Counted from the first letter of the stretch, positions 8,632 to 18,691 are shown. The stretch is DNA of 64,000 nucleotides from a virus (IMGVR_UViG_3300036790_000196:975-64974); one strand, 5' to 3'. Translations and numbers: made by a program. The notes: generated by a model not told the origin, from the sequence alone.

Positions 8632-8957
8632 CCACCGACGCCCAACTCGAAGCGATGTGTGCGCAGCATGTGGCGGGGTGGCGCGATTGCCACACAACTG
8701 CGGGCGTTGCCTGCGGGCTGCACCCCGACGACAAGCGCGGTGAACACATGCCGTGTCCCCGCTACTGCTCCGATCCCGCCGCCGTAATCGAGCTGCTGGA
8801 GAAGGAAGGCGTGTACATTGACACCCAGTACGACCACCGCAAATGGTCGGTGTGCATTTGGTTGCCGGACACACTTTGCAGAGGAACAGCCCCCACGCTC
8901 GCCAAGGCAGGCGTTTTGGCCTTGCTTAGGGCCAGAGGGGTGGAGGTGGAGGGGTGA
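8628..8957 (+). CDS. Phage ABA-sandwich-like protein, paralog 2
   Basis: Same N-terminus and PRY.SDPAA..LLEKE block as 6469. Confidence 0.7.
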   Translation: MTTDAQLEAMCAQHVAGWRDCHTTAGVACGLHPDDKRGEHMPCPRYCSDPAAVIELLEKEGVYIDTQYDHRKWSVCIWLPDTLCRGTAPTLAKAGVLALLRARGVEVEG

Positions 8958-9280
8958 GCGCGAAAATGCATAAAGTACGGATCGCCCCTATGGGCAAAGA
9001 GGTTTCCGGTTCTCATCCTTTTGAGCACTTCGGCTTCAAATGGTGGGTTACGCCGGGGCAGAATAGATCCATCATCTTTGGACCGGGAAGGTACTTCACG
9101 GCAACAGAGGAAACCACTGGACAGGCGATTCCCGGCCTATGGTGCAAGAAGCGTTCCGAGGTAAAGGACCGCGCCATTGTGAAACTAAACCTCGTGGGCG
9201 AATCGACGGTTAAGAAGGCCGTTAACGGCGTACCGAAGTTACTAGCCACCCGCACCACCCCCGCAGGCGAACCGAAGTGA
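8954..9280 (+). CDS. Hypothetical protein
   Basis: 108-aa ORF, GTGA overlap. Confidence 0.7.
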   Translation: MSAKMHKVRIAPMGKEVSGSHPFEHFGFKWWVTPGQNRSIIFGPGRYFTATEETTGQAIPGLWCKKRSEVKDRAIVKLNLVGESTVKKAVNGVPKLLATRTTPAGEPK

Positions 9281-9284
9281 GTTT

Positions 9285-9464
9285 ATGAAGCTACACCACG
9301 AACCGAATGCGATGACAGAGAGAGACCTGAAATCTGAGGAGAAAGAACTGGAGACCCTCCTAAACAACGGCGGGATGACACCAAGAGAAGCGGATCGTCT
9401 TGCCGAGGTGCGCCGCGCCCTGAAGAAGATTTCCAGCCAGAGGAGCTGGATGGCACGCGCATGA
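9285..9464 (+). CDS. Hypothetical protein (59 aa)
   Basis: ATG 9285, ATGA overlap with next gene. Confidence 0.55.
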   Translation: MKLHHEPNAMTERDLKSEEKELETLLNNGGMTPREADRLAEVRRALKKISSQRSWMARA

Positions 9465-9802
9465 GCCCCATCCCCCGAGCGGCCAGAGGCAGGAGCGTGC
9501 GGATGTGGGGCAAAGACCTCCTCAATGGGTGGGGCGGTCGTTTCCAGATATTGCAGGTCGTCACCGTGCGGCCAAAAGGCATGCGCGGGTTAGACTATTC
9601 GCCCGTCGCCGTTCTGGACCTCCGCGCCGAGGCGGTTGAGGGGTATGTGGAGGCGATGGCGAGGGCGCTTCATGGCGGATCGTGGACGTTCGACGTTGGC
9701 GATGATTCGTCGCGGGAAATGTACTACGACAACGCCCGCGCCGCCGTTACCGCCCTGCTCGGCCCGCTCCCCAAGCGCGGCAAGGCGAAGGGGGGCCAGT
9801 GA
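9461..9802 (+). CDS. Hypothetical protein
   Basis: VEAMARAL...Y...ARAA..AL motif; coupled. Confidence 0.7.
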   Translation: MSPIPRAARGRSVRMWGKDLLNGWGGRFQILQVVTVRPKGMRGLDYSPVAVLDLRAEAVEGYVEAMARALHGGSWTFDVGDDSSREMYYDNARAAVTALLGPLPKRGKAKGGQ

Positions 9803-10215
9803 CACCCGCCCCCTGCGCCATCCACGCACCGCTGACGCTGACGGCCAACGTGGACCTTGACCACTTGCTTGCCGCCATCGCGCAGGTCGAGCGTGTCCGC
9901 GGGTCGCACCGGCGGGGCAAGCACGGGGAGCGCGGCAAGTACCAGATGACACGCGCCGCATGGGACGAGGATGCCGGGGGCCTGCCGTTCGCCCACGCCG
10001 AGAACGACGCCTACTCGGACATCGTTGCCCGCGCCCGGCTGGTGCGGCTGCGCTACGAGCTCCTGGAGAGGCGCCTTGAGCCGTCGGCCTACAACCTTGC
10101 GCTCTGCTGGAACGGGGGCGAGGGCGGAGCCGTCAGGGTGATCTTGAAGAAGTGGAGCCCGCCCGAGATGCGCGACTACGCGGAGCGGGTGTCCGCACTC
10201 TACCGCTCCCCATGA
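9799..10215 (+). CDS. Lysozyme-like / lytic transglycosylase-like protein
   Basis: LAAIAQVE (catalytic Glu), GERGKYQM, ALCWNGG, YAERV. Confidence 0.75.
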   Translation: MTPAPCAIHAPLTLTANVDLDHLLAAIAQVERVRGSHRRGKHGERGKYQMTRAAWDEDAGGLPFAHAENDAYSDIVARARLVRLRYELLERRLEPSAYNLALCWNGGEGGAVRVILKKWSPPEMRDYAERVSALYRSP

Positions 10216-10263
10216 CTCCCCGAAAGCCCGCAGGGGAAAAGAGGCTTGGCCGGAAATCTATGC

Positions 10264-10292
10264 TTGACCACAAAACGGCACGGACGCACGGT
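10264..10292 (+). promoter_or_regulatory. Putative promoter TTGACC-N17-CACGGT
   Basis: Intergenic, upstream of the RecT-like gene; same pattern at three other sites. Confidence 0.55.
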
Positions 10293-10320
10293 TGAGGCTC
10301 ACAAATTGGCTTACTAATAT

Positions 10321-11430
10321 ATGAACACAGACTCCACACTCGCGGTCGCATCTTACGACCTGATCCCGTCAACGATGGCCGCCGCCATCGACTTCTCCGA
10401 GAGGATGGCAAACGCCAAGCTCCTCCCGGCCCACCTTCAAAAGAGCCCTGCCGACTGCCTGCGCGTCGTCCTCCAGGCCGCACGCTGGCAGATGGACCCC
10501 TTCGCCGTGGCCGACAAGACCAGCGTCATCAGCGGCAAGCTGATGTTCGAGGGGCAGCTCGTGAGTGCCGTCGTCAACGCTCGCGGCAACTTGAAGAAGC
10601 GCCTGTCCTACGACTACAAGGGCGAAGGCAGCAACCGCGTCCTCACGGTATCCGGCACGCTTCAAGGAGAGGACGAGCCGCGCACGATCGAGCTTACCCA
10701 CGCCCTTGCGACGAAGATCAACCGCAACGGCCAGGTTGCCATCAACCCCGACCAGCAGATGTCCTACATCGGTGCCCGCATCTGGGCGCGCCGCCACACG
10801 CCGGAACTGATGCTCGGTGTCTATGTGCCGGACGAGATGGAGCCGGAGCAGCCCGGCGCGGAGCCGACAAACGTCACGCCCGCCCCCGACCGCCCCGACC
10901 CGGCGACCCTTCGCAAGCGTGGTCGTCCGCCGTCCGCCCCCAAGGATGCCATCGACATCCCGGCGACACCCGCAGAGACGCCTGCCGCCGCGCAGGAGCC
11001 CGCGAAGGCCGAGAAGCCTGCCGACGCCCCTGCGCAGCCCGCAACGCCAGCCAAGGGCAAGCGCACCACGCTTGAAAAGGGCGAGAAGCTGACCATTCGC
11101 CCCGCCGCAATCGTCTCCGCAGTCGTGGACGACATTGGCGGCCCGGGCAAGCCCGGCTGCATCGCGGAAATCCGCTCCCCACTCTATGACGGCAAGGTGT
11201 ACGACATGGCAGGCGCCCGCATGGTCGCCGGTCCCGACGGCGTGAAGGCCGAGCTTCTCCCCGTGTGGGCGAACGGCGCAGGCGTGGCGCTCGAGGTCGA
11301 GGGACGCGGCTCAAAGGCCCACGGCGTCATCGCCCTCGTGACCAAGGTCACGCCCATCGCGCCGCAGGAGCCCGATAAGCCCAAGGCCGAGGAGCAGGAA
11401 CAGGGGGGCGGATTGGGGCTGGAGGCGTAG
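10321..11430 (+). CDS. recT: RecT/Redbeta-like ssDNA-annealing protein
   Basis: LPAHLQKSPADC...QAARWQMDPFAVA.KT..I.GKL.FEGQLV.AV; P.QQ..Y...R.WARR..PE..LGVY.PDE. Confidence 0.85.
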   Translation: MNTDSTLAVASYDLIPSTMAAAIDFSERMANAKLLPAHLQKSPADCLRVVLQAARWQMDPFAVADKTSVISGKLMFEGQLVSAVVNARGNLKKRLSYDYKGEGSNRVLTVSGTLQGEDEPRTIELTHALATKINRNGQVAINPDQQMSYIGARIWARRHTPELMLGVYVPDEMEPEQPGAEPTNVTPAPDRPDPATLRKRGRPPSAPKDAIDIPATPAETPAAAQEPAKAEKPADAPAQPATPAKGKRTTLEKGEKLTIRPAAIVSAVVDDIGGPGKPGCIAEIRSPLYDGKVYDMAGARMVAGPDGVKAELLPVWANGAGVALEVEGRGSKAHGVIALVTKVTPIAPQEPDKPKAEEQEQGGGLGLEA

Positions 11431-11433
11431 GCC

Positions 11434-11925
11434 ATGGACACGCCACAATACCGACCGCTCACGGCGGAGGACGGCAACTTTCAAGAGGGGGACGAGCTGC
11501 AAGAGACCGGCGGCGCATGGGTTCGCTCTTATGTCACCGGGTCGCCTATCTGGCATTTGCTCGGAAACCGCAAAGATCATACAGGCACCTACTGCGCCGC
11601 CCGCCGCCCGCTCAAGGAAGTCGAGGCCGCGCCTGCAACCGAGACCCACGCCGATCCCGGCACGCCAGAGCCCGGCGACCACCACTCAATGACGCTCACC
11701 AATGGGCCGCTCATCCCCGCCGACGCAGGCCAGAAGACCATCGAGGAATCCTTCGACCGCCGCCTGCGCGACGAGTTCGCCATGCACGCCATTTACGAGG
11801 CGTCGCAGTTTGTCGGCAGCGAGCGCGAGCCCGACGCGGTTGCAAGGCGGGCGTACAAGATAGCCGATGCCATGATGAAGGAACGCAGGCCGAAGGAACC
11901 GCTTACCCAGGAGATTCCCTTCTAA
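11434..11925 (+). CDS. Phage hypothetical protein (LRDEFA...AYKIADAM domain)
   Basis: Recognisable C-terminal phage domain; ends QEIPF. Confidence 0.75.
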   Translation: MDTPQYRPLTAEDGNFQEGDELQETGGAWVRSYVTGSPIWHLLGNRKDHTGTYCAARRPLKEVEAAPATETHADPGTPEPGDHHSMTLTNGPLIPADAGQKTIEESFDRRLRDEFAMHAIYEASQFVGSEREPDAVARRAYKIADAMMKERRPKEPLTQEIPF

Positions 11926-12827
11926 TGCCCCTCGACCTAGAACCCTCCGAGGCCGAAGGCGCATCCGGCATCGTTGCGCTTGTCCCCGCGATCCGCACCG
12001 GCAATCTGCCGCTCCTGGATGGCGGCTGGCTGGCCGCTCTGGACCGCATCGAGGAGCGCGTGTTATCCCTCAAGATCGTAGACGGTGCCTCGGCCCAGAT
12101 GGCGAGCGACCTGCAAAGGCGTGTGACGACAGCCGGGCAGGATTTGAAGAAGGCCCGCGCCGCCGCGAAGGAGCCGCACCTTGCCGCAACAAGGGCGATC
12201 GACGCTGCCCTTGCCGCGCCGGAGGAGCGGATCGAGAAGGCCAAGGCCGCGCTCGGACAGGCGCAGGTCGGCTGGATAGAGGCCGAGAGGCTGCGGGTGA
12301 GAAGGGAGCAGGAGGCGAGGGAGGCCGAGATACGCAGGCTCCGGGAGCAGGCCGAGAGGGAGGAGAGGGAGCGCCGTCTTGCCGCCGAGAAGGCCGCAAG
12401 GGAGGCGGAAGCCGCCCGCATCGCCAAGGAGCAGGCCGACGCAGCCGAGGCCGAGGAGCAGAGGAAACGCCTTGCCGCAGGGGAGTCCGTCCCTCTCACC
12501 CTGGAGGAGGACCTGCCGGAGCCCGAGATGGAGGAACCCCCGCCGCCGGCCCCGAAGTCGCAGGCGCAGGTCGCCCTTGAAGCCGCGCTTCACGCCCCCG
12601 CACCCGTGGCAGCCAAGCCGCAGGGGGTGGCCATGCGTGCGACCCTCAAGATTGCCAGCGTGGACGTCGCCAAGCTGCCGGAGCCGTTCATCACCAAGAC
12701 GGCGAACATGGCGGGGATCAGGGCGACCTTCTGCCAAGGTTGGAGGTCAGGTGATGCCATCCCCGTTTGTTCGGGCGTCGTGTTCGAGATCGAGCAGACG
12801 GCTGTATCTCTCAAGCAAAGAATATGA
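11925..12827 (+). CDS. Coiled-coil phage recombination-region protein
   Basis: TAATG overlap; long E/R/A-rich coiled coil. Confidence 0.75.
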   Translation: MPLDLEPSEAEGASGIVALVPAIRTGNLPLLDGGWLAALDRIEERVLSLKIVDGASAQMASDLQRRVTTAGQDLKKARAAAKEPHLAATRAIDAALAAPEERIEKAKAALGQAQVGWIEAERLRVRREQEAREAEIRRLREQAEREERERRLAAEKAAREAEAARIAKEQADAAEAEEQRKRLAAGESVPLTLEEDLPEPEMEEPPPPAPKSQAQVALEAALHAPAPVAAKPQGVAMRATLKIASVDVAKLPEPFITKTANMAGIRATFCQGWRSGDAIPVCSGVVFEIEQTAVSLKQRI

Positions 12828-13099
12828 GCAGCGACGGTTTCATCCCTTGCACGGTCGTCGCCCAAGCCATGCTTGACGACCTGCTAAAGGACGTTCCGCC
12901 CGTCTGCCGCTCCGACTTCATGTGGATTAAGAACATGGCCCTGCGGTGCCGCGAGGAGAAGCAGCGCGACCCCTCCCTCTTGGCGGCCCAGCACTTCGGG
13001 CGCCAGAAATGCCACCCGGGGTACAGGCAGGTGGGGAGCAACGACGTTGGGCTGGAGGTGACACGGTATGAGCGACAAACCACGCATTCGAGCGAGTGA
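12824..13099 (+). CDS. Hypothetical protein
   Basis: ATGA overlap, MSSDGFIPC... Confidence 0.5.
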   Translation: MSSDGFIPCTVVAQAMLDDLLKDVPPVCRSDFMWIKNMALRCREEKQRDPSLLAAQHFGRQKCHPGYRQVGSNDVGLEVTRYERQTTHSSE

Positions 13100-14219
13100 A
13101 TTAGATAGCCTCATCCGCTGCCCCGGCTCGCGGACGCTGCGGGCCATCGTGGAGCGCAGGGGAGGCGACGACGCCAAGGAGGGAACGGCGCTCCACTGGA
13201 TGATTGCCCAGCATCTCGTGCGCGAGATGAAGGCGACCGCGCCGGACTTGGGCGACATCGCCACCATCCTGCCAGCCTACAGGCTCACGGACAGCGTCAA
13301 ATGGCTCGTTCCCTGGTGCGTCTCGCAGGTGGAGGAGCACATCCCCTCCTTCTACGCGCTTGAGGTCGAGACGGAGCTTGAGCACGAGTTCCCACGCTTT
13401 GTCCTCACCGGCCACATCGACTGCGCGGGCACGTCGCCCGACGGCGCAATCGCCCGCGACTTCGACTGGAAGTGTGGCCGCATCGCGGTGGACGCCGCAG
13501 ACGAGAACTGGCAGGTGCGCGGCTACCAAGTCCTGCGCCGCAAGGTCTATGGCATCATGGCGTCCCAGTTTCGCATCGCCCAGCCGTGGAATGACGACGA
13601 CTTCGACGAGCGGGTGAGCCTGTCCGAGATCAGCGGAGCGGAGGCCCTTGACGCCCTCTGCGACGAACTGGAGAGTGCGGTCAATGCGGCCCTCGACAGG
13701 CCGATGGAGGTTGAAACGGGCGTCTCGCAATGCAAATACTGCGTGGGCCAAAACTGTCCCGCAATCCGCGAGGAGATCGAACTTATGAAAATGACGCTGA
13801 CGCCCGAAGCCTTGGGCACCATCCGGGCGACCCCCGACGACGCAACGCTCGTTGACTGGGTGATGCGCGGCAGGACGCTGACGAAGCCGATAGACGACGC
13901 CGCGGCGCTGCTAAAGGAACGCATCGAGGCCAACGGACCGATCGCCTACGAGGGGGGCACCGCCCGCCTCTCCGAGGAGCCGAGCGGCTTCGACGTCGTG
14001 GACCCGGCGGGGATGTACCGCGAGATGACGGCGGTCCTCAGCCCGGAGCAGATGGGGCCTGCGCTCTCGTACTCGGGCACGAAGATCAAGAAGGCATTGA
14101 GCGAGGCGCTCAAGATCCCGCTCGGGGGCAAGAGCGCCGTGACCGCCAAGGGCTTCTTCGAGGCCCGGTTCGCCGCGTATCTCAAGGCCAAGACGAGGAA
14201 GCTGCTGCATTTTGGATGA
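13068..14219 (+). CDS. Cas4/RecB-like PD-(D/E)XK exonuclease (DUF2800-like)
   Basis: S.....CP.S, A.EGT.LH, LTGHID, DFDWKCG, N.Q...Y, C.YC....C. Confidence 0.85.
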   Translation: MSDKPRIRASELDSLIRCPGSRTLRAIVERRGGDDAKEGTALHWMIAQHLVREMKATAPDLGDIATILPAYRLTDSVKWLVPWCVSQVEEHIPSFYALEVETELEHEFPRFVLTGHIDCAGTSPDGAIARDFDWKCGRIAVDAADENWQVRGYQVLRRKVYGIMASQFRIAQPWNDDDFDERVSLSEISGAEALDALCDELESAVNAALDRPMEVETGVSQCKYCVGQNCPAIREEIELMKMTLTPEALGTIRATPDDATLVDWVMRGRTLTKPIDDAAALLKERIEANGPIAYEGGTARLSEEPSGFDVVDPAGMYREMTAVLSPEQMGPALSYSGTKIKKALSEALKIPLGGKSAVTAKGFFEARFAAYLKAKTRKLLHFG

Positions 14220-14695
14220 GTGGCAAGAACCGCATATCCGCCGCCGACCTGCCCGCGCGCTACCAGGCGCAGGTTGCCGCAGAACTTGGCGCACGCGACG
14301 ATCGGGCCGCAGTCAAGCGCATCTTCACGGCGGGCACGAAGCCGATGGCGCAGGTGAAGAAGCGCCTGCGCCAGTCCACGAAGCCGCTGATGAACAAGCT
14401 GGAGACGGAGTTCATGGACTGGCTCGTCAGGACAGGGACGCCCAAGGAGAACATTTTCCCGCAGGCCATGCGCCTCGAAATTTCGAACGGCCATTGGTAC
14501 AAGCCCGACTTCTTCGTGACGCCGACCGAGAGCGACGAATGGCCGCAGGGATGGTTCTACGAATGCAAGGGGCCGCATAGTTTTAGGGGCGGCTTCGAGA
14601 ACGTCAAAGACGCCGCCAGACGCTTCAAGCACTTCAAGTTCATCCTTGTCTGGCTCGACGATGGCAGATGGCAGGAGCAGACCGTGCTGCCGTGA
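14216..14695 (+). CDS. PD-(D/E)XK endonuclease (resolvase-like)
   Basis: MNKLE...YKPDFFV...FYECKG. Confidence 0.8.
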   Translation: MSGKNRISAADLPARYQAQVAAELGARDDRAAVKRIFTAGTKPMAQVKKRLRQSTKPLMNKLETEFMDWLVRTGTPKENIFPQAMRLEISNGHWYKPDFFVTPTESDEWPQGWFYECKGPHSFRGGFENVKDAARRFKHFKFILVWLDDGRWQEQTVLP

Positions 14696-14704
14696 GGCCC
14701 ACCC

Positions 14705-16468
14705 ATGCCCTACCTTGAACTGGAGGAGCCGGAGCCGCCGGAGCCCATTGAGGACGCCGAGGATTCGGCCCTCATGGACTTCACGCCGGGGATCGTGCTC
14801 CGCGACTATCAGGAGCGTTGCATCGCGGCGGTCGAGGCGGGCTGGAAGGAGTTCTCGCGGCAGCTTGTGGACATGCCCACGGGCTCGGGCAAGAGTTCCG
14901 TGTTCGCCGCAATCGCCAAGCGCGAGGTAGCCAAGGGCGGCAAGGTGCTGATTCTCGCCCACCGTGACCGCCTTGTGCGGCAGGCGGCCGGCAGGATCGC
15001 CAGCGAGACGGGGCTTGATGTCGATATTGAGATGGCAGGCGACTACGCATCTGCCTCGGCCCCGGTCGTCGTCGCCTCGGTGCAAACGCTCTGCAACGAG
15101 GCGAGGCTTCTCGGCTTCGAGGACAGGCATTTCTCGCTGGTCGTCGGCGACGAGGCGCACCACTCCATAAGCCCAAGCTGGCTCAAGGTCATCCACTACT
15201 TCAACCACGGGGCGCGAAGCCTCGACGACGGCTGGGTGCCCCCGCTTCCAGGTGTCCCCTACCAGCGCAAGGCGAACGTCCTCGGCGTCACGGCGACGCC
15301 CGACCTCATGGGCAGGCGCACCCTTGGGGAACTCTACGAGGCGCTGGCGTTCCGATACACGATCACGGAGGCCGTGCGCGACGGCTGGCTGGTGCCGCTC
15401 ATAATGAAGTCGATGGCGCTGAAAATCGACGTGCGGGGGGTGAAGGTCGGCAAGACGAGCGAGGGGAGCGACTTCACCGACCGCACGCTCGGCAAGCACA
15501 TCGTCCCGGTGATCGACGCCCTTGCGGAGCAGCTCTACGTCCTGGCGCACGACCGAAAGACGATGGCCTTTGTCCCGTCCGTTGAATGCGCGGAACTTCT
15601 GGCCGACGCCGTGAACCGCCTTGGGATGAAGGGAATATGGGTATCCGGCGACACGGAGAAGGATGACGACATCCGAACGCGAAACTTCATGGCGTCGGGG
15701 GCCGGTACGGTCCTCTGCAACGCCTCCATCTACGCCGAGGGCGTGGACTTCCCGGACGTGGACTGCATCATGCACGGGCGGGTAACGAAGTCGCGCTCGC
15801 GCTACTGCCAGCAGACCGGGCGGGGCACGCGCACCCTCCCCGGCACCGTGGACGGCCTTCCGACGCCGGAACTGCGCCGGGCGGCGATAGCGGCCAGCGC
15901 AAAGCCCAATACGCTCCTACTGGACCCCTTGTGGCTGTCCGACCGTCTCGACATCTGCCAGCCCTACGACCTCGTGACGACCCACCCGAAGGTCCGGGCG
16001 ATCATGGCCGAGATGGGCGGCGAGGGGCTGGATCTCGTCAGCATGGAGGCTGCGGCGACGCGGGACTTCATCGCCGCGCTGGAGAAGGAGGCGAAAAGAC
16101 AGAAGGCGAAGGCTGCGCGAACCATCGACCCCCTTGGGTGGGCGGTTGACTTGGGGGACGAGAAGATGGCGTCGTATGAACCCGAGACGGAACTGGAGCG
16201 CAGGGCGCCCACCGAGGGCATGCTCAACTTCCTGAGAAGGCAGCGCATCGACGTGGAGAAGGTTACGTCCTTCGGCCTCGCCAGGGAGATGATAGCCCGC
16301 ATAACGAACAGGTTCAGGATGGACCTAGCGACGCCCCACCAGCTCCACTTTCTCGCGCAGCTTGGCTTTGACCGCGAGAAGGCCGTCGTCCTCTCGCAGC
16401 GGGACGCCACGGCCACCATCGACGCGCTGCTAGCCGAAAAGAAGAACCGCCATGCACAACGAAAGTAA
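14705..16468 (+). CDS. SF2 DEAD/DEAH-box helicase
   Basis: LRDYQ, PTGSGKS, DEAHH, TATP, EGVDFP, QQTGRGTR. Confidence 0.95.
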   Translation: MPYLELEEPEPPEPIEDAEDSALMDFTPGIVLRDYQERCIAAVEAGWKEFSRQLVDMPTGSGKSSVFAAIAKREVAKGGKVLILAHRDRLVRQAAGRIASETGLDVDIEMAGDYASASAPVVVASVQTLCNEARLLGFEDRHFSLVVGDEAHHSISPSWLKVIHYFNHGARSLDDGWVPPLPGVPYQRKANVLGVTATPDLMGRRTLGELYEALAFRYTITEAVRDGWLVPLIMKSMALKIDVRGVKVGKTSEGSDFTDRTLGKHIVPVIDALAEQLYVLAHDRKTMAFVPSVECAELLADAVNRLGMKGIWVSGDTEKDDDIRTRNFMASGAGTVLCNASIYAEGVDFPDVDCIMHGRVTKSRSRYCQQTGRGTRTLPGTVDGLPTPELRRAAIAASAKPNTLLLDPLWLSDRLDICQPYDLVTTHPKVRAIMAEMGGEGLDLVSMEAAATRDFIAALEKEAKRQKAKAARTIDPLGWAVDLGDEKMASYEPETELERRAPTEGMLNFLRRQRIDVEKVTSFGLAREMIARITNRFRMDLATPHQLHFLAQLGFDREKAVVLSQRDATATIDALLAEKKNRHAQRK

Positions 16469-17159
16469 CCTCATGCAGACCGCCGAGAACTGGTGGGTGC
16501 TGCGCCACGACACCCACCTCAGCCGATGGATCGAGCACCACCGCCGCCTCGACATCGCGGTGGGGGAACTTCTCCCCTTCCAGAAGCACATCCCCGTCGG
16601 CGGGACCGTGATCGACGTGGGGGCCAGTCTGGGCGACCACACGGCGACCTACGCCGACTTCGTGGGGCCGACCGGCAAGGTCATCGCCTTCGAGCCCAAC
16701 CCCGACAGCGCGGAGTGCCTTCGCCGCAACATGGCAGGCTACCCCAACGTGCTGGTAGTCGATGCGGGGCTCTCGGATTCGACAGGCACGGCATGGCTGG
16801 AGAGGGACGCCAACGTCGGGGCCAGCCACCTGACGCGGGCCACCGAGGGATCGGCCGGCGACGTCAGGACCGTGACGCTGGACGACTTCGTGGCAGCGAA
16901 CCCCGGCTGGTTCAAGCGCCTCGACTTCGTGAAGATCGACGCCGAGGGCTTCGAGCCGTTCATCCTGGACGGGGCGACAAAGACCCTGGCCCGCTTCCGG
17001 CCGGTCCTCATGCTGGAGGTGAACCAGGGCCAGCTCCAGAAGCAGGCGATTCTCACCGAGGAGCTGCTGGCGCGGCTCTCGGGCGCGCAGTACAAGTACG
17101 CGGCGTGCAGCGGGTCCGAGGGAAGCGACCAGTGGGACGCCTTGGCTCTCCCGCGGTGA
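16452..17159 (+). CDS. FkbM-family methyltransferase
   Basis: VIDVGASLGDHT, AFEPNP, LDFVKIDAEGFE. Confidence 0.93.
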   Translation: MHNESNLMQTAENWWVLRHDTHLSRWIEHHRRLDIAVGELLPFQKHIPVGGTVIDVGASLGDHTATYADFVGPTGKVIAFEPNPDSAECLRRNMAGYPNVLVVDAGLSDSTGTAWLERDANVGASHLTRATEGSAGDVRTVTLDDFVAANPGWFKRLDFVKIDAEGFEPFILDGATKTLARFRPVLMLEVNQGQLQKQAILTEELLARLSGAQYKYAACSGSEGSDQWDALALPR

Positions 17160-17437
17160 GCCTTCGGATAGCCATAAGCCTCTACTGCGACCGCTGCGGG
17201 GCGTTCCTCTGCAAGGACTGGAGTCGCGGCTGCGGGGAGGACGGGCGCAGGCGCAGCGTGGCCGCCGTTGCCCGCAAGATGCAGGTCATGGCCCCGGGGG
17301 TGTCGGAGACCACGATCGAGCACGTGGAGCACGTCTGCGCGGACTGCCGGAAGGTCGAACAGCCGCTCCCGGAGACTCCAAGGGGCACCTTCCAGCCCAA
17401 GGGGCGCGGGTTTCCGCCGCTGCCGGGTCTTGCCTAG
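17156..17437 (+). CDS. Small zinc-finger protein
   Basis: GTGA overlap; CDRC...HVCADC. Confidence 0.6.
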   Translation: MSLRIAISLYCDRCGAFLCKDWSRGCGEDGRRRSVAAVARKMQVMAPGVSETTIEHVEHVCADCRKVEQPLPETPRGTFQPKGRGFPPLPGLA

Positions 17438-17745
17438 CGGACGGGGACCAAAGCCGACGCCCCCGCTTGCGTTGGACCCACCCCTGCCGAAATCGCCCCG
17501 CTCTTCGTCTCGCTGATCCACACCGTTCGCTGGTCCAGGCGTATCAGGATGTCATGGTCTGCAGACACAATCTTGGTGAGGTCCACCAAGTCGTTATGAT
17601 CGTGCGTCCGGTCGCTTTTCAGGTCGGCCCACGCGATGGCCGCTGTCCCGATGGCGAAAAGAATGACGACGAGTGTTCGCTGGTTTAGGATAACCTTCTC
17701 ATTGTCACCAAGACGGAACGGTGGGCTCATGGGGTGTTTTTCCAT
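17434..17745 (-). CDS. Single-TM membrane protein (holin/antiholin-like)
   Basis: TLVVILFAIGTAAIAW TM segment followed by a coiled region; start uncertain (17730 or 17745). Confidence 0.55.
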   Translation of the reverse strand: MEKHPMSPPFRLGDNEKVILNQRTLVVILFAIGTAAIAWADLKSDRTHDHNDLVDLTKIVSADHDILIRLDQRTVWISETKSGAISAGVGPTQAGASALVPVR

Positions 17746-17858
17746 GCCAAGGTGAGAGTCCATCGGATTGTCCGCAAGTTGCAAAGCGGGTGCGGCGGTC
17801 GGCTTTGTGCTACGTAAAAAGACTTAATATCAAAACTTGGCAAGTTGCTTTGACACCC

Positions 17859-17898
17859 AAAAACGCAAAAGGCCCCCTCCCGCGTCCGAGAGGGGGCC
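17859..17898 (-). terminator. Rho-independent terminator ending the lysis/fibre operon
   Basis: Minus strand GGCCCCCTC...GAGGGGGCC stem followed by TTTTGCGTTTTT. Confidence 0.8.
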
Positions 17899-17943
17899 GA
17901 TCGCCGGGGCGTCCCCCGGAGTCGTAGTATGGAGGAAATGTCG

Positions 17944-18690
17944 TTAGGCGAGGGCTTCCATCATCCTGCGGCAATTCGTCAGGTTGTGGTTCTCCCACAG
18001 CGTGTCGGCTACAGGCGGCGTGACCGCTTTCGGGTCCAGCAGGATCTTGGGGGCGACCGGCACGAAGTTCTCGACCAGCAGGGGGGCGAACAGGTTGAAA
18101 TCGTATGGGACCTGACCGATGCGGTCCCTCGGGTTCCAGTAGGAGCGGATAGCCTTCACCCGGCTGTTCACGTAGGCCGCGAAGGCGGCGTCGCCCGGGT
18201 TGGGGGACTCGATGATGATGAGCGCGTCCGTACCCGCCTCTGCGGCTATGTTGGTGGCCGCAGGACCGCCCAAGCTGTGCCCGCTGATGACCTCTATGCC
18301 CTTGTTGACCATGTAGGCCGCCAAGGGCATCCCTGTGCCCACGTAGAGGCTTTCCGAGACCGAGGCGAAGCCGCGCTCCCATCGGATGCCCGGAGCCAGC
18401 GGGCAGCGGTCCAGCCACGCATGGAAATCGGCCAGCCATTCCTCCATCGAACCCATGGGCATCTGCGTGCCTCGGACGGTGCAAATCTTGCCCGCGGGCC
18501 CGTCCGTGATGAGGCCGAAGGGCACGATTCCGAGCCCCGGGTCATTGCCCATCACGAGGTCGACGAGTGTGCGCCCAAGGCCCTGCGCGCCGGCCAGACC
18601 CACGCGGCCCGGGTGCAGCAGGAAGTCCGGCTCGTAGCAGACCTCCCCGAGCCTGGCGCAGAGGATGTCGAGCGGCGGGGTGGGCACCAC
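17944..18690 (-). CDS. Class 3 lipase (alpha/beta hydrolase)
   Basis: VRGT...EW..D, GHSLGG nucleophile elbow, N..D.I..VP, C-terminal His. Confidence 0.9.
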   Translation of the reverse strand: MVPTPPLDILCARLGEVCYEPDFLLHPGRVGLAGAQGLGRTLVDLVMGNDPGLGIVPFGLITDGPAGKICTVRGTQMPMGSMEEWLADFHAWLDRCPLAPGIRWERGFASVSESLYVGTGMPLAAYMVNKGIEVISGHSLGGPAATNIAAEAGTDALIIIESPNPGDAAFAAYVNSRVKAIRSYWNPRDRIGQVPYDFNLFAPLLVENFVPVAPKILLDPKAVTPPVADTLWENHNLTNCRRMMEALA

Positions 18691-18691
18691 T

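Noticed and set aside
6465-8680. Diversity-generating retroelement TR/VR pair
   Set aside because: No reverse transcriptase; the repeats are at gene 5' ends and the two mismatches are not adenine-specific
13946-15775. Long antisense ORFs (also 24580..26160, 39209..40432, 61045..62646)
   Set aside because: Shadows of GC3-biased real genes on the opposite strand; no motifs of their own
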